Assembly: GCA_963815655.1 (NCBI GenBank)
Contig: CAWFHK010000001.1
Location: forward strand, 3,930,664-3,994,663
Source of the DNA: an uncultured Acidobacteriota bacterium
GTDB lineage: Bacteria > Acidobacteriota > Thermoanaerobaculia > UBA5066 > Gp7-AA6
Direction of reading: 5' to 3'
DNA: 64,000 nucleotides
The position numbers and the translations under genes are program-made. Below the pieces are notes generated by a model that searched no databases, had not been told where the DNA came from, and worked only from the letters and a program-made list of their open reading frames with translations. Shown piece by piece: positions 1 through 9,002 of the stretch; within the stretch, counting starts at the first letter, position 1; every line of letters begins with the position of its first letter.

Positions 1-2
1 CG

Positions 3-719
3 GTGCTGGCGTTGTTCGAGGGGCGGTTCGATCCGGACAAGCTCGCCCGCGCCGCGGAGGGGCGGGGCGCCGTCCGCAGGTCCACCCCGGCGGGGGAGTA
101 CTACCTGCTGCCGGAGGGGCACCGCCACGGGAGCGGCGACGGGCAGCCGGGAGCGGTCGCGTTTGCCGGCCCGACGCTCGTCATCGCCGGCACGGAGTCG
201 GCGGTCGCGCAGGCGCTCGCGGACCGGCAGGCCGGCGGGACCGGGTTCGCCTCCGGCGCGGGCCTCGGGCAGGAGTTGAAGCGCGTGGACCGCGGGGCCT
301 CCGTCTGGGCGCTCGTGGACGTCACCCGCTACCCGGCGATCGCGAACCGGAGCGCGCACGTCCATGTCTCTGTGGACGCCGACGGCGAGCCGGCCGCGGC
401 CGTCCTGGGCGTGATGAAGTCCGTCTCGCTCGTCGCGTTCCAGGCGAAGGCCAGCGGCGACGCCCTGGAGCTTTCGGCGACGGGCATCACGAGAGACGCG
501 GAGACGCGGCAGCTCCTCGAGGATTCGCTCCGCGGCCTGATGGCCATGTGGCGGCTCGCGGTCCAGGACAAGGCGCCGGAGATGGTCACGATGATCCGCA
601 GGTTCTCGGTGTCGAGCGACGGCGAGGGCGTCTCGGTGCGCGGGACGCTCCCGGCCGCCTTCATCCGCTCGATCGCCGAGAAAGCGGAGAGGAAGAGGTC
701 CGAGACCCACCAGCACTGA
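3..719 (+). CDS. hypothetical protein, 5'-truncated by window edge
   Basis: Continuous ORF from the window start with protein-like composition (mixed charged and hydrophobic residues, not Arg/Pro-biased like the antisense frames). The stop is followed by the RBS and start of the next gene. Confidence 0.5.
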   Translation: MLALFEGRFDPDKLARAAEGRGAVRRSTPAGEYYLLPEGHRHGSGDGQPGAVAFAGPTLVIAGTESAVAQALADRQAGGTGFASGAGLGQELKRVDRGASVWALVDVTRYPAIANRSAHVHVSVDADGEPAAAVLGVMKSVSLVAFQAKASGDALELSATGITRDAETRQLLEDSLRGLMAMWRLAVQDKAPEMVTMIRRFSVSSDGEGVSVRGTLPAAFIRSIAEKAERKRSETHQH

Positions 720-816
720 GCCCTCGCCGTTCCCGTGCCTCCGGGCCCCGGCGCGCACCCCGAGCGCCGGGGCCCTTTTTCCCGCGTCCCTCCCGCCTTT
801 CGCGTTCCCGGTTACT

Positions 817-2910
817 ATGTCCACCCTCATGACGGCGTCTTCCATATCGGGGGTTCCGCTGACCTCCGAGATCAGCGAGCTCCTCGAGCAGAAGAACTTC
901 GACGCGCTCGAGGACGTCTGGACGGGGCGAATGGAGGCGGAGCCGGACGACCTCTCCTTCTTCTTCGCCGTCGCCTCCGCGATGAAGAAGAAGGGGGGCG
1001 GGGCGCAGGCCCTCTCCTGGCTCCGGTTCCTGGCCGATTACGAGGAGGAGCGCGGGGACGGCGACCGCCAGCTCGCCGTGCTCCTGGAGATCGCGCGGAT
1101 GTCCCCGACGGACGCGGAGATCCGCATGGAACTGGAGGCGGCGCTTCGGACCCGGTTCGCCTCGCATCCTTCGCTCGCGGTCGTCTTCGCCCAGTTCCCG
1201 CTGCAGGGTCCCGCGGACCCGATGGAGGCGGCGGGGAAGATCGCGCGCTGGCTCCATTTCTCTCCCGGCGAGATCTACTTCATGCCCGGGCGGGGAGCCG
1301 GGCGGATCGTGGAGCTGAATCCTGTGCTCGACGTGATCCGCGTGGATTTCTCGGACGCGAAGCTCCCGCTGTCGCTCGTCAACGCGGAGAGGAACCTGGC
1401 GCTCCTGCCGCGGGAGCACCTGCTGCGGCAGAAACTGGAGGAGCCCGAGGCCACCCGGGCTCTCGCCGAGCGCGATTCCGCCGAGACGGTGCGCCGGCTT
1501 CTCGAGAGCTTCGGCCGGCCGATGACTCTGATCGAGGTCAAGGAGAACCTGGCGGGCCTGGTGGAGGAGTCCCGCTGGGGGAGCTTCTGGGCGGCCGCGC
1601 GCAAGCACCCGCAGCTCGTCGCCTCCGGCACGGGGAAATCGGCGATGGTCTCCTGGTCCTCGAGCGCCGGCGAGGCGGAGGAATCCGTCCATCGCGAATT
1701 CGAGGAAGCGGCCCCGCAGCAGAAGATCGAGATCGCGCGCAAACAGGCGAGGCGCTCGAAGGACCTCGCGCGCTTCTTCGGCCGGACGCTCGCCGCGGAG
1801 GCGCGCAAGGCCGCGGAGGAGGACCGCCCGGCCCTGGCGTGGGAGCTGTCCCAGGCCGCCGTCAAGCTCCAACCCGGCGAACCGGAGGCCTTCACGGCCG
1901 CGGACCTTCTCTCCGTCCCGGACCTCCCTTCGGTCCTCGGACAGATCCACGATCACGTGGCCCGCGAGAGGGCGCTCGAGGCGGCGCGCGCCAGCCGCGC
2001 CGATTGGGCCGATCTCTTCGCCGACCGGATCTTCAAGGAGGACGACGCGCGGGTCCTGACGGCGCTCTTCGCCGCCCTCGCGGAGTTCCCCGAGCGTTCG
2101 GAGGAGCTTTCGCGGCGCATCCTGCGCTCTCCACGCCAGGCGCCGCGCGCGTTCCTCTGGCTCTGCGACCGGTTTCACGGGGAAGGCAGGCCCGTGCCCG
2201 GTCACCTCTTCTTGTCGATGCTCGACGCCCTGCGGCAGGAGGAGTTCTCGAGCTACCGCGCCCGTCTGAAGGAGATGTTCGACCCGGGCAAGCTCGCGGT
2301 CGCGATCGTCCAGTCCTCGGGCTCGGAGGAGGAGGCACGCGACTACCTCTCGGCGCTGGACCGGGCGGGGGGGCTCGAAGAGCACCGGCGGGCCCTCGTC
2401 AAGGAAGCGCTCCTGATGAAGTTCCCGGCCCTGCGCGGTCCCGCCCGCGAATACATCTATTCGACCTCCGAGGCGATCGAGGCGCGCCGCGCGGAGCTCG
2501 TCCACTTGAGGCAGGTGGACCTGCCGGCCAATGCCGAGGCGATGCGCGTGGCCAAGGACCACGGGGACCTGTCGGAGAACTTCGAGTACCACGCGGCGCG
2601 GCAGAGGCACGAGTACCTTTCCGCGCGGATCGCGTCGCTCTCCGACGAGCTGTCGCGCTCGCGGGCGCTCGATCCCTCCCGCATCGACGCCTCGGAAGTC
2701 CGGGTCGGCACACGGGTGACGCTGCGCGATTCGGTGACGGGGGCCGCGCGCCCGGCGACGGTCCTCGGCCCCTGGGACTCGCGCCCGGAGGAGGCGGTCT
2801 ATTCCTACCAGTCGGAATTCGCGCAGTCGCTCCTGGGCAAACAGCTCGGCGACCGCGTCCTGGTCGGGGAGTCCGAGATGGAAATCGTCGCGATCGAGTC
2901 GTGGAAGTGA
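817..2910 (+). CDS. Large GreA/GreB-family protein (697 aa) with a long N-terminal extension
   Basis: ATG at 817. The C-terminal ~150 aa carry the GreA/GreB hallmark (...KDHGDLSENFEYHAARQRHEYLSARIASL..., then an FKBP-like C-terminus). The N-terminal ~540 aa are helical and acidic with no recognisable domain. Confidence 0.7.
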   Translation: MSTLMTASSISGVPLTSEISELLEQKNFDALEDVWTGRMEAEPDDLSFFFAVASAMKKKGGGAQALSWLRFLADYEEERGDGDRQLAVLLEIARMSPTDAEIRMELEAALRTRFASHPSLAVVFAQFPLQGPADPMEAAGKIARWLHFSPGEIYFMPGRGAGRIVELNPVLDVIRVDFSDAKLPLSLVNAERNLALLPREHLLRQKLEEPEATRALAERDSAETVRRLLESFGRPMTLIEVKENLAGLVEESRWGSFWAAARKHPQLVASGTGKSAMVSWSSSAGEAEESVHREFEEAAPQQKIEIARKQARRSKDLARFFGRTLAAEARKAAEEDRPALAWELSQAAVKLQPGEPEAFTAADLLSVPDLPSVLGQIHDHVARERALEAARASRADWADLFADRIFKEDDARVLTALFAALAEFPERSEELSRRILRSPRQAPRAFLWLCDRFHGEGRPVPGHLFLSMLDALRQEEFSSYRARLKEMFDPGKLAVAIVQSSGSEEEARDYLSALDRAGGLEEHRRALVKEALLMKFPALRGPAREYIYSTSEAIEARRAELVHLRQVDLPANAEAMRVAKDHGDLSENFEYHAARQRHEYLSARIASLSDELSRSRALDPSRIDASEVRVGTRVTLRDSVTGAARPATVLGPWDSRPEEAVYSYQSEFAQSLLGKQLGDRVLVGESEMEIVAIESWK

Positions 2911-2912
2911 AG

Positions 2913-4199
2913 ATGAGTCCAAGGTCCAAGGTCCAAGGTCCAAAGTGGCCCGCTCTTCTCGGGCTCGCCGGGCTGATGCTCTCCTCTGCCGCTTTGCGTG
3001 CCGAAGATCCGTTGCACCTGCCGATCGGTGACCCGGTGCGCAAGGACCGGGACGTCCCGGTGGTCCTGGATGGGATCACGGAGACGGCCGGCGGAACGGT
3101 GCTGACGCCGGCGGAGCTGCCGGCGCGCCTGGCGGGAGTCCGCCTCCTGCTCGTCGGCGAAGAGCACACGGCGATGGAGTCGCACCGGGTCGAGCGGCGC
3201 GTCCTGGAGGAGCTGGCCGGCGCCGGGCGCCGGGTGTCGATCGGTCTCGAGATGTACCCGTACGGCGAGCAGCCGTGGCTCGATCAGTGGGTCGGCGGCA
3301 AGCTCTCGGAGAAGGAGTTCGTCGAGCAGTCCCGCTGGTACAAGAACTGGGGATACAACTGGGGCTACTCCCGCGACATCTTCCTGCTGGCGGGGAAGGC
3401 GCAGATGCCGATGTTCGCGATCAACACCCCGCGCGAGGTCGTCGCCGCCGTCCGGAAGAAGGGTTTCACCGGGCTGACCGAGGAGGAGGCCGCGCACGTC
3501 CCCGCGAAGATCGACACGGAGAACGCCGATCACCTCCGCCTCTTCAAGGCCTCGTTCGGCGACGAGGGCTTCCACACGGGCATGAGCGAGTCCGACTGGA
3601 AGAAGATGTTCGAGGCGCAGTGCACGTGGGACGCGACGATGGCGCAGAACGCGGTCGCGGCCATGAGGAAATCCGAGGCCGACGAGAAGGCGATCCTCGT
3701 CGTTCTCGCCGGCTCGGGACACGTCGAGTACGGCCTCGGCATCGAGCGGCAGGCGGCGCGGCTCTTCCCCGGCAGGATCGCCACGCTCATTGCCGTGGCG
3801 GTCCGCGACGACAAGGAGAAGCCGGTCCGGTCCGTCCGCGCCTCCTTCGCCAACTTCGTCTGGGGCGTCGCGCGGGAAGCCGACCCGGTCTTCCCGGAGC
3901 TCGGCGTCTCGACGCGCCCGGCGCAGGGGGGCAAGGGCGTTTCCGTCATCAACGTGGAGAAGAAGTCCGTCGCCGACAGGGCCGCGATCGCCCTGGGCGA
4001 CGTGATCGTGTCCATGGACGGGACGCCCGTCGAGGACCGCGAGACCCTGAACCGCCTCGTGGCGGAGAAGAAGTGGGGCGACTCGGCTCGCCTGGCTCTC
4101 CGGCGCGGCGGCAGTCCCATCGACGTCACGGTCCTCTTCCGGCGCCAGCCGGTCTCCGACGAGCCCGCGCCGGCCCCCGCTCCGAAGAAGGAGCCGTAG
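2913..4199 (+). CDS. ChaN-like (haem-binding/TIKI-TraB superfamily) secreted protein with C-terminal PDZ domain
   Basis: ATG 2 nt after the GreA-like stop. It has a signal peptide (WPALLGLAGLMLSSAALRA). The ChaN-type core has conserved GEEH, EMYPY and GSGH motifs. The C-terminus shows a PDZ fold (GVSVINVEKKSVADRAAIALGDVIVSMDG). Confidence 0.65.
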   Translation: MSPRSKVQGPKWPALLGLAGLMLSSAALRAEDPLHLPIGDPVRKDRDVPVVLDGITETAGGTVLTPAELPARLAGVRLLLVGEEHTAMESHRVERRVLEELAGAGRRVSIGLEMYPYGEQPWLDQWVGGKLSEKEFVEQSRWYKNWGYNWGYSRDIFLLAGKAQMPMFAINTPREVVAAVRKKGFTGLTEEEAAHVPAKIDTENADHLRLFKASFGDEGFHTGMSESDWKKMFEAQCTWDATMAQNAVAAMRKSEADEKAILVVLAGSGHVEYGLGIERQAARLFPGRIATLIAVAVRDDKEKPVRSVRASFANFVWGVAREADPVFPELGVSTRPAQGGKGVSVINVEKKSVADRAAIALGDVIVSMDGTPVEDRETLNRLVAEKKWGDSARLALRRGGSPIDVTVLFRRQPVSDEPAPAPAPKKEP

Positions 4200-4207
4200 G
4201 GCCTCGC

Positions 4208-4978
4208 TCATCCCGCCGGCGGGTCCGTCCCCTCCCCGGCCTCGCCTTCGAGCGCGCGCGCGATCGCTTCGCGGACGGACTCCGCCAGACGGGGCGCGTC
4301 GGAGGCCGTCAATCCGGCCGTCGGGATCGGCGGGAGGACGGTGAGCGTCGCCGTCGTCGGGGCGAACACGATCGAGTGTTTCGGCAGTCCCGCCGCCGTC
4401 CCCGCCAGCGCGAGCGGCACGACGTCCACTCCCGCCTCGATCGCGAGCCGGAATGCGCCTTCCCGGAATTGCCCCAGGGCGCCGCCGCCGCTGCGCGTTC
4501 CCTCCGGGAAGAAGAACACCGAGACGCGCCGGTCGAGCCAGCGGCGCAACTCCTCCATGGCGCGCCGCGCGCTCTCCTTGTTTCCGCGCATGACCGGGAC
4601 GTCGCCCGCCATGCGCATCTGCCAGCCGAGCAGCGGGATCCGCATGATGGACTGCTTGGACAGCAGCTTCATCTCCCACGGAAGGCGCACGATCAGGAAC
4701 GCGTCCGTGGAGGAGCGGTGGTTGGCGACGAAGACGTACGGGCGGCGCGGATCGGGATGGACGCGGTCCACGATCCGGAACCTCCAGAAGGGGTTCAGGT
4801 CTCCGGCCAGGACCGCCGAATTCCGGAAGAAGCGCCCGAGCCGGTACCGGTCCGGGTCGGACCGGCGCGTGGCGAGGCGGTAGAAGAAGACGAGGGGCGT
4901 CCAGCCGATGACGATGAGAACGTAGCTTCCCCAGATCAGGAGCGAGAGCGGCGCCGCGACCACTTTCCAACGGAGCAT
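4208..4978 (-). CDS. 1-acyl-sn-glycerol-3-phosphate acyltransferase (PlsC/LPLAT family)
   Basis: N-terminal TM segment. The acyltransferase motif I HxxxxD (NHRSSTDAF) and motif III FPEGTRS are both present. Confidence 0.8.
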   Translation of the reverse strand: MLRWKVVAAPLSLLIWGSYVLIVIGWTPLVFFYRLATRRSDPDRYRLGRFFRNSAVLAGDLNPFWRFRIVDRVHPDPRRPYVFVANHRSSTDAFLIVRLPWEMKLLSKQSIMRIPLLGWQMRMAGDVPVMRGNKESARRAMEELRRWLDRRVSVFFFPEGTRSGGGALGQFREGAFRLAIEAGVDVVPLALAGTAAGLPKHSIVFAPTTATLTVLPPIPTAGLTASDAPRLAESVREAIARALEGEAGEGTDPPAG

Positions 4979-5046
4979 CCGGGAATTATCCGGTCCCCCG
5001 GCCCTCTTGTGAGGGACGTCATCGAATTCGACGAAAAGGAGCCGGC

Positions 5047-5547
5047 ATGAGAAGGACCTTCGGCACGGGGATCGCGGCGGCCCTCCTGGCGGTGGCCGCC
5101 GCCGCCCAGACGGCGGAAACCACGCGGGCGGCGGGAGTTCCGCGGCGCGGCGATCACGTCATGGGTTTCGACCACACGAAGACCGCGCACCACTTCCGGC
5201 TGACACGCTCCGGCGGAAGGATCGAAGCCGAGGCGAACGACCCCGCCGACACCTCGAGCCGCGACCAGATCCGGATGCACATGACCCACATCGCGAAGAT
5301 GTTCTCCGAGGGGGACTTCGACGCGCCGATGCTCATCCACGAAAAGGTCCCGCCCGGCGTGCCGGTCATGAAGGAGCTCCGGGCTTCGATTCAGTACCGC
5401 TTCGAGCCGACCGAGCGCGGGGGCCGCATCGTGATCGGAACGAAGGACGCCCGGGCGCTCGCCGCCATTCACGAGTTCCTGCGCTTCCAGATCGACGACC
5501 ACAAGACGGGAGACTCGAAGAAGGTGGTGCCGGATAACTCGAAGTAG
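5047..5547 (+). CDS. secreted hypothetical protein
   Basis: ATG preceded by AAAGGAG, followed by a signal peptide (AAALLAVAAAAQTA). Coding-like composition. Convergent with the gene at 5572. Confidence 0.55.
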   Translation: MRRTFGTGIAAALLAVAAAAQTAETTRAAGVPRRGDHVMGFDHTKTAHHFRLTRSGGRIEAEANDPADTSSRDQIRMHMTHIAKMFSEGDFDAPMLIHEKVPPGVPVMKELRASIQYRFEPTERGGRIVIGTKDARALAAIHEFLRFQIDDHKTGDSKKVVPDNSK

Positions 5548-5571
5548 AGAGCCGGGGCCGGTGCCGGGCAC

Positions 5572-5826
5572 CTAGACCTCCATGTCGTCCACGGAGCACC
5601 AGCGCCAGTCCTCGCCCGGCTCGAAGGAGCGGATGATCGGGTGCTTCGTCTTCCGGAAGTGCTTCGTGGCGTGCCGGTTCGGGGAGTCGTCGCAGCAGCC
5701 GACGTGCCCGCACTCCAGGCAGAGGCGCAGGTGAACCCAGCTCGCTCCGATCTTCAGGCAGTCCTCGCAGCCGTCGGCGCTCGGCGTGACATCGCGAATC
5801 TGATTCAGATGGGTGCACGCCGTCAT
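5572..5826 (-). CDS. UBP-type zinc-finger domain protein
   Basis: 84 aa with the Cys/His spacing of zf-UBP (C..H...C..C...C.C..H..C). Confidence 0.65.
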   Translation of the reverse strand: MTACTHLNQIRDVTPSADGCEDCLKIGASWVHLRLCLECGHVGCCDDSPNRHATKHFRKTKHPIIRSFEPGEDWRWCSVDDMEV

Positions 5827-5930
5827 GACGACCTCCTGTTCTGCCAGATCCGGGCCAATCGGGCGGGCACGATCATCGCAGCGGATCTTCCCGGCCGCGG
5901 CGCCCAGTCCCGCGGCGAAAGGAGAGCCCG

Positions 5931-6080
5931 ATGATCCGCAAGCTCCCCTCCGGTGGGTACCGCCTCTACTCCCGCAAGAAAAACCCGAAGACGGAACGCC
6001 GGAGGAACCTCGGGACGTTCAAGAGCCTGGCGGCCGCGCGGAAGCACGAGCGCGCCGTCCAGTTCTTCAAGCGGAAGTGA
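5931..6080 (+). CDS. small basic protein (49 aa), possible nucleic-acid-binding
   Basis: ATG preceded by AAAGGAGAG at correct spacing. Encodes MIRKLPSGGYRLYSRKKNPKTERRRNLGTFKSLAAARKHERAVQFFKRK. It is absent from the ORF track because it is under 60 aa. Confidence 0.45.
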   Translation: MIRKLPSGGYRLYSRKKNPKTERRRNLGTFKSLAAARKHERAVQFFKRK

Positions 6081-6110
6081 TTTTCTCAATCGCAAATCAC
6101 CAATCACAGA

Positions 6111-6665
6111 TCACAAATCTTCTTTGATCGCCTCGGCGTCCACCGTGATGTCCACGTCGTCGCCGACGACGAATCCGCCGCGGTCGAGGACCCCGTTCCA
6201 GCTGACGCCGAAGTCGTGCCGGTTGATCCGGGTCGTGGCGGCGAACCCGGCGCGCGTCTTCGGTCCCTTGTCCACGTTCCCGTCCCACCATGGCGTCTGC
6301 CACTCCCCGAGGTATTCGACGTCGAGCGTGACCGGCCGGGTGACGCCGCGGATCGTCAGTTCGCCCTTGAGCTTCGCCACGTTCGCGCCGCACAGCTCGA
6401 CGTCGCCGCCCCGGAACGTGATCGTGGGATGGCGCTCGACATCCAGGAAGTCGGCGCTCTTCAGGTGGGCGTCGCGGTCCGGCTCGCCCGTCCAGATCTT
6501 CCGGGCGTCGATCGTGACGTCCACCGAGGTGGCCCGCGGGTCGCCCGGATCGAACTCCATCGTGCCGTGCACGTCCTTGAAGTGCCCCCGGACCCACGTC
6601 ACCATCATGTGCCGTGCCCGGAACTCCGCCGCCGTGTGACCGGGCTCGAAGAACCACCTCGCCAT
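6111..6665 (-). CDS. YceI-family periplasmic protein
   Basis: YceI-like fold motifs (HFKDVHGTM...GELTIRGVTRPV...). Start placed at the internal ATG (MARWFF...). An upstream alternative start at 6737 is possible. Confidence 0.7.
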   Translation of the reverse strand: MARWFFEPGHTAAEFRARHMMVTWVRGHFKDVHGTMEFDPGDPRATSVDVTIDARKIWTGEPDRDAHLKSADFLDVERHPTITFRGGDVELCGANVAKLKGELTIRGVTRPVTLDVEYLGEWQTPWWDGNVDKGPKTRAGFAATTRINRHDFGVSWNGVLDRGGFVVGDDVDITVDAEAIKEDL

Positions 6666-6868
6666 CGTGGGACCCCTTTCACTTGCGATCCGTTCTTGCT
6701 GGGAGTCGTGCGCCCTGGTCGAGGGACTCCACGCCATCGTTTACGCCGCGGATCCCGGATCGGGTTCAGCGGGTGGCTGTCCAACGGGGGCCGGCGGCCT
6801 TGACAGCGTCCTGGCCGCGGCGTACAGAGATGTCCTGCCCGAAGACAGTTGCTCGAAGGGAGGTCGTC

Positions 6869-8020
6869 ATGGAACCTCGGTCTTCCGGATTCGCCTGGCT
6901 CGTGCTGCTCGCGGGTGCCGCGGGCTGCGCCTCCGTTGGACCCCTCGACGTCAAACCGGAGTCCCTGGGCGCCTTCGAATGCGTGGACCGCGGGGCCGTC
7001 GCGTCGCCTCCGCCGCGCTCGGTCCTCGCCATCGGGCGCGCGCGGCGCGAGGAGAAGACGATCGTCCAGCGCGAGGGGAGGCCGCTCCTGACCCTCCGGC
7101 CGTGCGGGGACAGTAAGGTCCCGGTCTCGAAGACTCCGGCGAAGCCGACGGTGGCGAAGGGCAACCCTCTCCTCGGCGCGATCGACCGGCCGGTCTCCGA
7201 CTTCTTCAAAGAGGGGGGGACGGGCGAGGTGGTCCGGAAGAGCCTCCGCCCCTTCCGGAAGGTCTATTACATCCCGCCGGGACCGGACGAGGGCAAGCAC
7301 GAGGCGCCGGCGGATCCGCCCGCCTGCAACGGCATCTTCTACTACGGCGCCTGCTACTACTACGGGCCGGCGAGCTACGCGAGCGCGGCCGACGGTGGCG
7401 GCCTGACCGTGACCATCAAGCGCCCGGCCTTCCACGGCGAGGGGCACAGCCTGGACGAGATCTCCGTGCAGGGGGGAGAGGACAACGGCAACATCATCGA
7501 GCTCGGCTGGAATGTCTCGACCTCGCAATATCCGGACGCCGACCCGCACCTCTTCGTCTATCACTGGATCAACTGGGTCGGCACCTGCTACGACACCTGC
7601 GGCTGGCACCAGTACAGCCCGACCTATTTCCCGGGAATGAACCTGGCAGCGCTCGTCGGCCACGACGTCTACAACGGGTTCGTTCACTTCGGAGGAAACT
7701 GGTGGGCCTGGTTCGACAACCAGTGGCTCGGCTATTTCGCCGACTCGGAATGGAGCGGCAACTACACGAAGAGCGCGATGATCCAGTGGTTCGGCGAGGT
7801 CTCGACGAACAACGGGACCCCGCCGGAGGTCGACATGGGCAATGGGTTCTTCCCGACGAACCTCGCCGCGGCGAGGATGGCGACGCTCTGCGACGTGGAC
7901 GCGGCGGCGTGGGTCTGCTGGTACCGCGATCTCCAGTCGCTCGGTCCGAACTACCCGCCCTATTACGACATCCGCCGCATTGGCTTCGGCGAGACCCGCT
8001 ACGGCGGCCCCGGGCACTGA
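6869..8020 (+). CDS. lipoprotein with neprosin-like (DUF239) domain
   Basis: ATG with GAAGGGAGG RBS and a lipoprotein signal (LVLLAGAAGC). The C-terminal region matches the neprosin pattern IE.GW.V......P.LF.YW......GCY...C.GF.Q (IELGWNVSTSQYPDADPHLFVYHWINWVGTCYDTCGWHQY). Confidence 0.5.
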   Translation: MEPRSSGFAWLVLLAGAAGCASVGPLDVKPESLGAFECVDRGAVASPPPRSVLAIGRARREEKTIVQREGRPLLTLRPCGDSKVPVSKTPAKPTVAKGNPLLGAIDRPVSDFFKEGGTGEVVRKSLRPFRKVYYIPPGPDEGKHEAPADPPACNGIFYYGACYYYGPASYASAADGGGLTVTIKRPAFHGEGHSLDEISVQGGEDNGNIIELGWNVSTSQYPDADPHLFVYHWINWVGTCYDTCGWHQYSPTYFPGMNLAALVGHDVYNGFVHFGGNWWAWFDNQWLGYFADSEWSGNYTKSAMIQWFGEVSTNNGTPPEVDMGNGFFPTNLAAARMATLCDVDAAAWVCWYRDLQSLGPNYPPYYDIRRIGFGETRYGGPGH

Positions 8021-8024
8021 GCGG

Positions 8025-9002
8025 GTGGAGGAGACCGCGCCGCCGGGCCTGACGCTTTCCCGGATCGAAGAGGCGCGGGCGTTCCTGGGCGGCCGTGTCC
8101 GGCGGACGCCTCTGGAGGAATCGCCGGCCCTCTCCGCGCTCCTCGGCGTGCCGGCCTGGCTGAAGCTCGAATCGCTCCAGGTCACCGGCTCCTTCAAGAT
8201 CCGCGGCGCCGCCTTCCGCCTCTCCCTCCTGACGGAGGAGGAGAAGCGGGCGGGGGTCGCCACGTGCTCGGCCGGCAACCACGGGAAAGCCGTGGCGTAC
8301 GCCTCGAGAGCGCTCGGGCTCGTGCCGACGATCACCGTGCCCGCGAGCGTGGACGAGTCGAAGTACCGCGCGATCATGGAGCTCGGGGCCGACGTCATCC
8401 GCTCGGCGTTCCCCGGCTACGACGACACCGAGGAGTGGGCGATGCGGGAGGCGGAACGGTCCGGAAAGGTCTGGATCTCCGCCTTCGAAGACGTGGCGAT
8501 CATGGCGGGCAACGGCGGGACGCTGGCCCTCGAGATCCTCGAGGACCTGCCCGACGCCCGCGGTTTCGTTCTGCCGGTCGGAGGCGGGGGGATGTCCGCC
8601 GGCCTCGCCTTCACCGTCAAGGAGAAGCTCTCCGGCGCGACGATCGTCGGCTGCCAGCACGAGGCCTCGCCGGCGCTGGCGCTCTCGATCGAGCGCGGTC
8701 GCGCCGTCACGCGGCTGCCGGCCGTGGAGACCGCCGCCGGCGGGATCGAGGGAGGCATCGGGAGAAAGACTTTCGAGATCCTGCGGCCGCGCATCGACCG
8801 GGTCGCCCTCGTCTCGGAGCGGGAGATCTTCGAAGGAGTGCGCTGGACGCTCGCGGAGCACCAGCACCTGATCGAGCCCTCCGCGGCGGCCGCCGTCGCC
8901 GCCTGCCTGACCGGGAAGGCGGGTGAGTTCGACGGGCCCGTCGTGGTCGTGATCTCGGGCCGGAACGTCAGCCTGGAGACTCTTCGAAAGATACTTTGCT
9001 AG
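8025..9002 (+). CDS. PLP-dependent threonine/serine dehydratase family (fold-type II PLP enzyme)
   Basis: Contains the PLP-lysine motif SFKIRGA, the glycine loop GGGGM and the downstream SAGNHG. There is no in-frame ATG; GTG at 8025, just after the previous stop, is assumed. Start uncertain. Confidence 0.7.
   Translation: MEETAPPGLTLSRIEEARAFLGGRVRRTPLEESPALSALLGVPAWLKLESLQVTGSFKIRGAAFRLSLLTEEEKRAGVATCSAGNHGKAVAYASRALGLVPTITVPASVDESKYRAIMELGADVIRSAFPGYDDTEEWAMREAERSGKVWISAFEDVAIMAGNGGTLALEILEDLPDARGFVLPVGGGGMSAGLAFTVKEKLSGATIVGCQHEASPALALSIERGRAVTRLPAVETAAGGIEGGIGRKTFEILRPRIDRVALVSEREIFEGVRWTLAEHQHLIEPSAAAAVAACLTGKAGEFDGPVVVVISGRNVSLETLRKILC

Noticed and set aside
661-2943. 760-aa minus-strand ORF antisense to the GreA-like gene. 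Similar long ORFs: 735-4199 upstream part, 2805-4970 -, 3275-5050 +.
   Set aside because: Extreme Arg/Pro/Gly bias and no domain-like segments. Typical GC3-driven antisense open frames in ~70% GC DNA. The real genes on the opposite strand or frame have recognisable motifs.
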